Shown piece by piece: positions 14,201-26,059 of a DNA stretch of 64,000 nt. The DNA comes from Eledone cirrhosa (taxonomy: Eukaryota). Where the stretch lies: positions 121,148,001 through 121,212,000 of the forward strand of contig OZ024744.1 of assembly GCA_964016885.1 (NCBI GenBank), read 5' to 3'. Every line of letters starts with the position of its first letter. The stretch's first letter is position 1. The position numbers and the translations under genes were made by a program. The notes under the pieces are model-generated. The model worked only from the letters and a program-made list of their open reading frames with translations, did not search any database and was not told the DNA's origin.

Positions 14201-17200
14201 AGAGGAATAGAGGTAGTGATGGATGTTGTGAAGAGAGATAGTGTGAGATGGTTGGGTCATGTGTTGAGGAGGATAAAAGTGAGTGGGTGAGAGGAATAGA
14301 GGTAGTGATGGATGTTGTGAAGAGAGATAGTGTGAGATGGTTGGGTCATGTGTTCAGGACGGTTGAATGTGAATGGGTGAGAGGAACAGAGGTAGTGATG
14401 GATGTTGCGAAGAGAGATAGTGTGAGATGGTTGGGTCATGTGTTGAGGAAGGTTAAAGTGACTGGGTGAGAGGAATAGAGGTAGTGATGGATGTTGCGAA
14501 GAGAGATAGTGTGAGATGGTTGGGTCATGTGTTGAGGAAGTATGAAAGTGACTGGGTGAGAGGAATAGAGGTAGTGATAGATGTTGTGAAGACAGATAGT
14601 GTGAGATGGTTGGGTCATGTGTTGAGGAAGGATAAAACTGTCTGGGTGAGAGGAATAGTGGTAGTGATGGATGTTGTGAAGAGAGATAGTGTGAGATGGT
14701 TGGGTCATGTGTTGAGGAAGTATGAAAGTGACTGGGTGAGCGAATAGAGGTAGTGATGGATGTTGTGAAGAGAGATAGTGTGAGATTGTTGGGTCATGTG
14801 TTGAGGAGGGATAAAATTGATTGGGTGAGAGGAATAGAGGTAGTGATGGATGTTGTGAAGAGAGATAGTGTGAGATGTTTGGGTCATGTGTTGAGGAAGG
14901 ATTAAAGTGACTGGGTGAGAGGAATAGAGGTAGTGATGGATGTTGTGAAGAGAGATAGTGTGAGATGGTTGGGTCATGTGTTGAGGAAGTATAAAATTGA
15001 CTGGGTGAGAGGAATAGTGGTAGAGATGGATGTTGTAAAGGGAGATAGTGTGAGATGGTTGGGTCATGTGTTGAGGAAGTATAAAAGTGTCTGGGTGAGA
15101 GGAATAGAGGTAGTGATGGATGTTGTGAAGAGAGATAGTGTGAGATGGTTGGGTCATGTGTTGAGGAAGGATGAAAGTGACTGGGTGAGATGGTTGGGTC
15201 CTGTGTTGAGGAAGGATGAAAGTGACTGGGTGAGAGGAATAGAGGTAGTGATGGATGTTGTGAAGAGAGATATGTGAGATGGTTGGGTCATGTGTTGAGG
15301 AAGGATAAAAGTGACTGGGTGAGAGGAATAGAAGTAGTGAAGGATGCTGTGAAGAGGGATAGTGTGAGATGGTTGGGTTATGTGTTGAGGAAGGATGAAC
15401 GTAACTGGGTGAGAGGAATAGAGGTAGTGATGGATGTTGTGAAGAGAGATAGTGTGAGATGGTTAGGTCATGTGTTGAGGGAGGATAAAAGTGACTGGGT
15501 GAGATGAATAGAGGTAGTGATGGATGTTGTGAAGAGAGATAGTGTGAGATGGTTGGGTCATGTGTTGAGGAAGGATAAAAGTGACTGGGTGAGAGAAATA
15601 GAGGTAGTGATGGATGTTGCGAAGAGAGATAGTGTGAGATGGTTGGGTCATGTGTTGAGGAAGGATAAAAGTGACTGGGTGAGAGGAATAGAGGTAGTGA
15701 TGGATGTTGTGAAGAGAAATAGTGTGAGATGGTTGGGTCATGTGTTGAGGAAGTATGAATGTGACTGGGTGAGAGGAATAGAGGTAGTTATGGATGTTGT
15801 GAAGAGAGATAGTGTGAGATGGTTGGGTCATGTGTTGAGGAAGGATAAAAGTGACTGGGTGAGAGGAATAGAGGTAGTGGTGGATGTTGTGAAGAGAGAT
15901 AGTGTGAGATGGTTGGGTCATGTGTTGAGGAAGGATAAAAGTGACTGGGTGAGAAGAATAGAGGTAGTGACGGATGTTGTGAAGAGAGATAGTGTGAGAT
16001 GGTTGGGTTATGTGTTGAGGAAGGATAAAAGTGAGTCGTCGAGAGGAATAGAGGTAGTGATGGATGTTGTGAAGAGAGATATGTGAGATGGTTGGGTCAT
16101 GTGTTGAGGAAGGATAAAAGTGACTGGGTGAGAGGAATAGAAGTAGTGAAGGATGCTGTGAAGAGGGATAGTGTGAGATGGTTGGGTTATGTGTTGAGGA
16201 AGGATGAACGTAACTGGGTGAGAGGAATAGAGGTAGTGATGGATGTTGTGAAGAGAGATAGTGTGAGATGGTTAGGTCATGTGTTGAGGGAGGATAAAAG
16301 TGACTGGGTGAGATGAATAGAGGTAGTGATGGATGTTGTGAAGAGAGATAGTGTGAGATGGTTGGGTCATGTGTTGAGGAATGATAAAAGTGACTGGGTG
16401 AGAGAAATAGAGGTAGTGATGGATGTTGCGAAGAGAGATAGTGTGAGATGGTTGGGTCATGTGTTGAGGAAGGATAAAAGTGACTGGGTGAGAGGAATAG
16501 AGGTAGTGATGGATGTTGCGAAGAGAGATAGTGTGAGATGGTTGGGTCATGTGTTGAGGAAGGATAAAAGTGACTGGGTGAGAGGAATAGAGGTAGTGAT
16601 GGATGTTGTGAAGAGAGATAGTGTGAGATGGTTAGCTCATGTGTTGAGGAAGGATAAAAGTGACTGGGTGAGAGGAATAGAGGTTGTGATGGATGTTGTG
16701 AAGAGAGATAGTGTGAGATGGTTGGGTCATGTGTTGAGGAAGTATAAAAGTGACTGGGTGAGAGGAATAGAGGTAGTGATGGATGTTGTGAGGAGAGATA
16801 GTGTGAGATGGTTGGGTCATGTGTTGAGGAAGTGTGAAAGTGACTGGGTGAGAGGAATAGAGGTAGAGTTGGATGTTGTGAAGAGAGATAGTGTGAGAAG
16901 GTTGTGTCATGTGTTGAGGAAGTATGAAAGTGACTGGGTGAGAGGAATAGAGGTAGTGATGGATGTTGTGAAGAGAGATAGTGTGAGATGGTTGGGTCAT
17001 GTGTTGAGGAGGGATAAAATTGATTGTGTGAGAGGAATAGAGGTAGTGATGGATGTTGTGAAGAGAGATAGTGTGAGATGGTTGGGTCATGTGTTGAGGA
17101 AGGATAAAAGTGACTGGGTGAGAGGAATAGAGGTAGTGATGGATGTTGTGAAGAGAGATATGTGAGATGGTTGGGTCATGTGTTGAGGAAGGATAAAAGC

Positions 17201-20200
17201 GACTGGGTGAGAGGAATAGAGGTAGTGACGAATGTTGTGAAGAGAGATTGTGTGAGATGGTTGGGTCATGTGTTGAGGAAGGATAAAAGTGACTCGGTGA
17301 GAGGAATAGAGGTAGTGATGGATGTTGTGAAGAGAGATAGTGTGAGATGGTTGGGTCATGTGTTGAGGAAGGATAAAAGTGACTGGGTGAGAGGAATAGA
17401 GGTAGTGATGGATGTTGTGAAGAGAGATAGTGAGATGGTTGGGTCATGTGTTGAGGAAGGATACAAGTGACTGGGTGAGAGGAATTGAGGTAGTGATGGA
17501 TGTTGTGAAGAGAGATATGTTAGATGGTTGGGTCATGTGTTGAGGAAGGATAAAAGTGACTGGGTGAGAGGAATAGAGGTAGTGATGGATGTTGTGAAGG
17601 GAGATAGTGTGAGATGATTGGCTCATGTGTTGAGGAAGTATGAAAGTGACTGGGTGAGAGGAATAGAAGTAGTGATGGATGTTGTGAAGAGAGATAGTGT
17701 GAGATGATTGGCTCATGTGTTGAGAAAGTATGAAAGTGACTGGGTGAGAGGAATAGAGGTAGTGATGGATGTTGTGAAGAGAGATAGTGTGAGATGGTTG
17801 GGTCATACGTTGAGTAAGGTTAAAAGTGACTGGGTGAGAGGAATAGAGGTAGTGATGGATGTTGTGAGGAGAGATAGTGTGAGATAGTTGGGTCATGTGT
17901 TGAGGAAGGATAAAAGTGACTGGGTGAGAGGAATAGAGGTAGTGATGGATGTTGCGAAGAGACATAGTGTGAGATGGTTGGGTCATGTGTTGAGGAAGGA
18001 TAAAAGTGACTCGGTGAGAGGAATAGAGGTAGTGATGGATGTTGTGAAGAGAGATAGTGTGAGATGGTTAGCTCATGTGTTGAGGAAGGATAAAAGTGAC
18101 TGGGTGAGAGGAATAGAGGTTGTGATAGATGTTGTGAAGAGAGATAGTGTGAGATGGTTGGATCATGTGTTGAGGAAGTATGAAAGTGACTGTGTGAGAG
18201 GAATAGAGGTAGTGATGGATGTTGTGAAGAGAGATAGTGTGAGATGGTTGGGTCATATGTTGATGAAGGATAAAAGTGATTGGGTGAGAGGAATAGAGGT
18301 AGTGATGGATGTTGTGAGGTGAGATAGTGTGAGATGGTTGAGTCATGTGTTGAGGAAGTGTGAAAGTGACTGGGTGAGACGAATAGAGGTAGTAATAGAT
18401 GTTGTGAAGAGAGATAGTGTGAGATGGTTGGGTCATGTGTTGAGGAAGGATGAAAGTGACTGGGTGAGAGGAATAGAGGTAGTGATGGATGTTGTGAAGA
18501 GAGATAGTGTGAGATGGTTGGGTCATGTGTTAAGGAAGGATAAAAGTGACTGGGTGAGAGGAATAGAGGTAGTGATGGATGTTGTGAAGAAAGATAGTGT
18601 GAGATGGTTGGGTCATGTGTTAAGGAAGTATGAATGTGACTGGGTGAGAGGAATAGAGATAGTGATGGATGTTGTGAAGAGAGATAGTGTGAGATAGTTG
18701 GGTCATGTGTTGAGGAAGGATAAAAGTGACTGGGTGAGAGGAATAGTGGTAGTGATGGATGTTGTAAAGGGAGATAGTGTGAGATGCTTGGGTCATGTGT
18801 TGAGGAAGTATAAAAGTGACTGGGTGAGAGGAATAGAGGTAGTGATGGATGTTGTGAAGAGAGATAGTGTGAGATGGTTGGGTCCTGTGTTGAGGAAGGA
18901 TGAATGTGACTGGGTGAGAGGAACAGAGGTAGTGATGGATGTTGTGAAGAGAGATAGTGTGAGATGGTTGGGTCATGAGTTGAAGAAGGATAAAAGTGAC
19001 TGGGTGAGAGGAATAGAGGTAGTGATGGATGTTGTGAAGAGAGATAGTGTGAGATGGTGGGTCATGTGTTAAGGAAGGATAAAAGTGACTGGGTGAGAGG
19101 AATAGATGTAGTTATGGATGTTGGGTAGAGAGATAGTGTGAGATGGTTGGGTCATGTGTTAAGGAAGTATGAATGTGACTGGGTGAGAGGAATAGAGGTA
19201 GTTATGGATGTTGTGAAGAGAGATAGTGTGAGATGGTTGGGTCATGTGTTGAGGAAGGATAAAAGTGACTGGGTGACAGGAATAGAAGTAGTGATGGATG
19301 CTGTGAAGAGAGATAGTGTGATATGGTTGGGTCATGTGTTGAGGAAAGATGAAAGTGACTGGGTGAGAGGAATAGAGGTAGTGATGGATGTTGTGAAGAG
19401 AGATAGTGTGAGATGGTTGGGTCATGTGTTGAGGAAGGATAAAAGTGACTGGGTGAGAGGAATAGAGGTAGTGATGGATGTTGTGAAGAGAGATAGTGTG
19501 AGATGGTTGGGTCACGTGTTGAGGAAGGATTAAAGTGACTGGGTGAGAGGAATAGAGGTAGTGATCGATGTTGTGAAGAGAGATAGTGTGAGATGGTTGG
19601 GTCATGTGCTAAGGAAGGATAAAAGTGACTGGGTGAGAGGAATAGAGGTAGTGATGTATGTTGTGAAGAGAGATAGTGTGAGATGGTTGGGTCATGTGTT
19701 GAGGAAGGATAAAAGTGACTGGGTGAGAGGAATAGAAGTAGTGAAGGATGCTGTGAAGAGGGATAGTGTGAGATGGTTGGGTTATGTGTTGAGGAAGGAT
19801 GAACGTAACTGGGTTAGAGGAATAGAGGTAGTGATGGATGTTGTGAAGAGAGATAGTGTGAGATGGTTGGGTCATGTGTTGAGGAAGGATAAAAGTGACT
19901 GGGTGAGAGGAATAGAGGTAGTGATGGATGTTGTGAAGAGAGATAGTGTGAGATGGTTAGGTCATGTGTTGAGGGAGGATAAAAGTGACTGGGTGAGATG
20001 AATAGAGGTAGTGATGGATGTTGTGAAGAGAGATAGTGTGAGATGGTTGGGTCATGTGTTGAGGAAGGATAAAAGTGACTGGGTGAGAGAAATAGAGGTA
20101 GTGATGGATGTTGCGAAGAGAGATAGTGTGAGATGGTTGGGTCATGTGTTGAGGAAGGATAAAAGTGACTGGGTGAGAGGAATCAGAGGTAGTGATGGAT

Positions 20201-23200
20201 GTTGTGAAGAGAAATAGTGTGAGATGGTTGGGTCATGTGTTGAGGAAGGAAAAAAGTGACTGGGTAAGAGGAATAGATGTAGTGATGCATGTTGAGAAAA
20301 GAGATAATGTGAGTTGGTTGGGTCATTTGTTGAGGAAGTATGAAAGTGACGGGCTGAGAGGAATAGAGGTAGTGATAGATGTTGTGAAGAGAGATAGTGT
20401 GAGATGGTTGGGTCATGTGTTGAGGAAGTATGAAAGTGACTGGGTGAGAGGAATAGAGGTAGAGATGGATGTTGTGAAGAGACATAGTCTGAGATGGTTG
20501 GGTCATGTGTTGAGGAAGTATGAAAGTGACAGGGTGAGAGGAATAGAGGTAGTGATGGATGTTGTGAAGAGAAATAGTGTAAGATGGTTGGGTCATGTGT
20601 TGAGGAAGTATGAATGTGACTGGGTGAGAGGAATAGAGGTAGTTATGGATGTTGTGAAGAGAGATACTGTGAGAATGTTGGGTCATGTGTTGAGGAAGGA
20701 TAAAAGTGACTGGGTGAGAGGAATAGTGGTAGTGATGGATGTTGTAAAGGGAGATAGTGTGAGATGGTTGGGTCATGTGTTGAGGAAGTATAAAAGTGAC
20801 AGGGTGAGAGGAATAGAGGTAGTTATGGATGTTGTGAAGAGAGATAGTGTGAGATGGTTGGGTCATGTGTTGAGGAAGGATAAAAGTGACTGGGTGAGAG
20901 GAATAGATGTAGTGATGGATGTTGTGAAGAGAGATAGTGTGAGATGGTTGGGTCATGTGTTGAGGAAGGATAAAAGTGACTGGGTGAGAGGAATAGAAGT
21001 AGTGATGGATGTTGTGAAGAGAGATAGTGTGAGATCGTTGGGTCATGTGTTGAGTAAGGATGAAAGTGACTGGGTGAGAGGAATAGAAGTAGTGATGGAT
21101 GTTGTGAAGAGAGATAGTGTGAGATGGTTGGGTCATGTGTTGAGGAAGCATAAACTGACTGGGTGAGAGGAATAGAGATAGTGATGGATGTTGTGAAGAG
21201 AGATAGTGTGAGATGGTTGGGTCATGTGTTGAGGAAGGATAAAAGTGACAGGGTGAGAGGAATAGATGTAGTGATGGATGTTGTAAGGAGAGATAGTGTG
21301 AGATGGTTGGGTAATGTGTTGAGGAAGTATGATAGTGACTGGGTGAGAGGAATAGAAGTAGTGATGGATGTTGTGAAGAGAGATAGTGTGAGATGGTTGG
21401 GTCATGTGTTGAGTAAGCATAAACTGACTGGGTGAGAGGAACAGCGGTAGTGATGGATGTTGTGAAGAGAGATAGTGTGAGATGGTTGGGTCATGTGTTG
21501 AGGAAGGATAAAAGTGACTGGGTGAGAGGAATAGAGGTAGTGATGGATGTTGTGAAGAGAGATAGTGTGAGATGGTTAGGTCATGTGTTGAGGAAGGATA
21601 AAATTGACTGGGTGAGAGGAATAGAGGTAGTGACGGATGTTGTGAAGAGAGATAGTGTGAGATGGTTGGGTCATGTGTTGAGGAAGGATAAAAGTGACTC
21701 GGTGAGAGGAATAGAGGTAGTGATGGATGTTGTGAAGAGAGATAGTGTCAGATGGATGGGTCATGTGTTGAGGAAGGATAAAAGTGACTGGGTGAGAGGA
21801 ATAGAGGTAGTGATGGATGTTGCGAAGAGAGATAGTGTGAGATGGTTGGGTCATGTGTTGAGGAAGGATAAAAGTGACTGGGTGAGAGGAATAGAGGTTG
21901 TGATGGATGTTGTGAAGAGAGATAATGTGAGATGGTTGGGTCATGTGTTAAGGAAGGATAAAAGCGACTGGGTGAGAGGAATAGAGGTAGTGATGGATGT
22001 TGTGAAGAGAGATAGTTTGAGATGGTTGGGTCATGTGTTAAGGAAGTATGAATGTGACTGGGTGAGAGGAATAGAGGTAGTTATGGATGTTGTGAAGAGA
22101 GATAGTGTGAGATGGTTGGGTCATGTTCTGAGGAAGGATAAAAGTGACTCGGTGAGAGGAATAGAGGTAGTGATGGATGTTGTGAAGAGAGATAGTGTGA
22201 GATGGTTGGGTCATGTGTTGAGGAGGGATAAAATTGATTGTGTGAGAGGAATAGAGGTAGTGATGGATGTTGTGAAGAGAGATAGTGTGAGTTGGTTGGG
22301 TCATGTGTTGAGGAAGGATAAAAGTGAGTGGGTGAGAGGAATAGAGGTAGTGATGGATGTTGTGAAGAGAGATAGTGTGAGATGGTTGGGTCATGTGTTG
22401 AGGAGGGATAAAATTGATTGGGTGAGAGGAATAGAGGTAGTGATGGATGTTGTGAAGAGAGATAGTGTGAGATGGTTGGGTCATGTGTTGAGGAAGGATA
22501 AAAGTGAGTGGGTGAGAGGAATAGAGGTAGTGATGGATGTTGTGAAGAGAGATAGTGTGAGATGGTTGGGTCATGTGTTCAGGACGGTTGAATGTGAATG
22601 GGTGAGAGGAACAGAGGTAGTGATGGATGTTGCGAAGAGAGATAGTGTGAGATGGTTGGGTCATGTGTTGAGGAAGGTTAAAGTGACTGGGTGAGAGGAA
22701 TAGAGGTAGTGATGGATGTTGCGAAGAGAGATAGTGTGAGATGGTTGGGTCATGTGTTGAGGAAGTATGTAAGTGACTGGGTGAGAGGAATAGAGGTAGT
22801 GATAGATGTTGTGAAGACAGATAGTGTGAGATGGTTGGGTCATGTGTTGAGGAAGGATAAAACTGTCTGGGTGAGAGGAATAGTGGTAGTGATGGATGTT
22901 GTGAAGAGAGATAGTGTGAGATGGTTGGGTCATGTGTTGAGGAAGTATGAAAGTGACTGGGTGAGCGAATAGAGGTAGTGATGGATGTTGTGAAGAGAGA
23001 TAGTGTGAGATGGTTGGGTCATGTGTTGAGGAGGGATAAAATTGATTGGGTGAGAGGAATAGAGGTAGTGATGGATGTTGTGAAGAGAGATAGTGTGAGA
23101 TGTTTGGGTCATGTGTTGAGGAAGGATTAAAGTGACTGGGTGAGAGGAATAGAGGTAGTGATGGATGTTGTGAAGAGAGATAGTGTGAGATGGTTGGGTC

Positions 23201-23463
23201 ATGTGTTGAGGAAGTATAAAATTGACTGGGTGAGAGGAATAGTGGTAGAGATGGATGTTGTAAAGGGAGATAGTGTGAGATGGTTGGGTCATGTGTTGAG
23301 GAAGTATAAAAGTGTCTGGGTGAGAGGAATAGAGGTAGTGATGGATGTTGTGAAGAGAGATAGTGTGAGATGGTTGGGTCATGTGTTGAGGAAGGATGAA
23401 AGTGACTGGGTGAGATGGTTGGGTCCTGTGTTGAGGAAGGATGAAAGTGACTGGGTGAGAGGA
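8300..23463 (+). repeat. Higher-order duplication, offset 8134-8225 bp (~8300-15238 repeated at ~16434-23463)
   Basis: ORF pairs 8498/16632, 9310/17444, 10195/18329 and 11409/19543 are offset by 8134. Pairs 11968/20192 and 13208/21432 are offset by 8224 (one extra monomer). Pairs 14466/22691 and 14915/23140 are offset by 8225. Confidence 0.93.
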
Positions 23464-25745
23464 ACAGAGGTAGTGATGGATGTTGTGAAGAGAGATTGTG
23501 TGAGATGGTTGGGTCATGTGTTGAGGAAGGTTAAAAGTGACTGGGTGAGTGGAATAGAGGTAGTGATGGATGTTGTGAAGAGAGATAGCGTGGGACGGTG
23601 GGGTCATGTGTTGAGGAAGTATGAAAGTGACTGGGTGAGAGGAATCAGAGGTAGTGATGGATGTTGTGAAGAGAGATAGTGTGAGATGGTTGTGTCATGT
23701 GTTGAGGAAGGATAAAAGTTACTGGGTGAGAGGAATAGAGGTAGTGATGGATGTTGTGAAGAGAGATAGTGTGAGATGGTTGGGTCATGTGTTGAGGAAG
23801 GATAAAAGTGACTGGGTGAGAGGAATAGAGGTTGTGATGGATGTTGTGAAGAGAGATAATGTGAGATGGTTGGGTCATGTGTTAAGGAAGGATAAAAGCG
23901 ACTGGGTGAGAGGAATAGAGGTAGTGATGGATGTTGTGAAGAGAGATAGTTTGAGATGGTTGGGTCATGTGTTAAGGAAGTATGAATGTGACTGGGTGAG
24001 AGGAATAGAGGTAGTTATGGATGTTGTGAAGAGAGATAGTGTGAGATGGTTGGGTCATGTTCTGAGGAAGGATAAAAGTGACTCGGTGAGAGGAATAGAG
24101 GTAGTGATGGATGTTGTGAAGAGAGATAGTGTGAGATGGTTGGGTCATGTGTTGAGGAGGGATAAAATTGATTGTGTGAGAGGAATAGAGGTAGTGATGG
24201 ATGTTGTGAAGAGAGATAGTGTGAGTTGGTTGGGTCATGTGTTGAGGAAGGATAAAAGTGAGTGGGTGAGAGGAATAGAGGTAGTGATGGATGTTGTGAA
24301 GAGAGATAGTGTGAGATGGTTGGGTCATGTGTTGAGGAGGGATAAAATTGATTGGGTGAGAGGAATAGAGGTAGTGATGGATGTTGTGAAGAGAGATAGT
24401 GTGAGATGGTTGGGTCATGTGTTGAGGAAGGATAAAAGTGAGTGGGTGAGAGGAATAGAGGTAGTGATGGATGTTGTGAAGAGAGATAGTGTGAGATGGT
24501 TGGGTCATGTGTTCAGGACGGTTGAATGTGAATGGGTGAGAGGAACAGAGGTAGTGATGGATGTTGCGAAGAGAGATAGTGTGAGATGGTTGGGTCATGT
24601 GTTGAGGAAGGTTAAAGTGACTGGGTGAGAGGAATAGAGGTAGTGATGGATGTTGCGAAGAGAGATAGTGTGAGATGGTTGGGTCATGTGTTGAGGAAGT
24701 ATGTAAGTGACTGGGTGAGAGGAATAGAGGTAGTGATAGATGTTGTGAAGACAGATAGTGTGAGATGGTTGGGTCATGTGTTGAGGAAGGATAAAACTGT
24801 CTGGGTGAGAGGAATAGTGGTAGTGATGGATGTTGTGAAGAGAGATAGTGTGAGATGGTTGGGTCATGTGTTGAGGAAGTATGAAAGTGACTGGGTGAGC
24901 GAATAGAGGTAGTGATGGATGTTGTGAAGAGAGATAGTGTGAGATGGTTGGGTCATGTGTTGAGGAGGGATAAAATTGATTGGGTGAGAGGAATAGAGGT
25001 AGTGATGGATGTTGTGAAGAGAGATAGTGTGAGATGTTTGGGTCATGTGTTGAGGAAGGATTAAAGTGACTGGGTGAGAGGAATAGAGGTAGTGATGGAT
25101 GTTGTGAAGAGAGATAGTGTGAGATGGTTGGGTCATGTGTTGAGGAAGTATAAAATTGACTGGGTGAGAGGAATAGTGGTAGAGATGGATGTTGTAAAGG
25201 GAGATAGTGTGAGATGGTTGGGTCATGTGTTGAGGAAGTATAAAAGTGTCTGGGTGAGAGGAATAGAGGTAGTGATGGATGTTGTGAAGAGAGATAGTGT
25301 GAGATGGTTGGGTCATGTGTTGAGGAAGGATGAAAGTGACTGGGTGAGATGGTTGGGTCCTGTGTTGAGGAAGGATGAAAGTGACTGGGTGAGAGGAACA
25401 GAGGTAGTGATGGATGTTGTGAAGAGAGATTGTGTGAGATGGTTGGGTCATGTGTTGAGGAAGGTTAAAAGTGACTGGGTGAGTGGAATAGAGGTAGTGA
25501 TGGATGTTGTGAAGAGAGATAGCGTGGGACGGTGGGGTCATGTGTTGAGGAAGTATGAAAGTGACTGGGTGAGAGGAATCAGAGGTAGTGATGGATGTTG
25601 TGAAGAGAGATAGTGTGAGATGGTTGTGTCATGTGTTGAGGAAGGATAAAAGTTACTGGGTGAGAGGAATAGAGGTAGTGATGGATGTTGTGAAGAGAGA
25701 TAGTGTGAGATGGTTGGGTCATGTGTTGAGGAAGGATAAAAGTGA
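21825..25745 (+). repeat. Tandem duplication of a 1934-bp unit (21.5 monomers)
   Basis: ORF pairs 22038/23972, 22691/24625, 22930/24864, 23140/25074 and 23645/25579. The variant aagtatgtaagt is seen only in these two copies. Confidence 0.93.
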
Positions 25746-26059
25746 GTGGGTGAGAGGAATAGAGGTAGTGATGGATGTTGGGAAGAGAGATAGTGTGAGA
25801 TGGTTGGGTCATGTGTTGAGGAAGGTTGAATGTGAATGGGTGAGAGGAACAGAGGTAGTTATGGATGTTGCGAAGAGAGATAGTGTGAGATGGTTGGGTC
25901 ATGTGTTGAGGAAGGATAAAATGACTGTGTGTGAGGAATAGAGGTTTTGATGGATGTTGTGAAGAGAGATAGTGTGAGATGGTTGGGTCATGTTTTGAGG
26001 AAGGATAAAAGTGACTGGGTGAGTGGAATAGAGGTAGTGATGGATGTTGCAAAGAGAGA

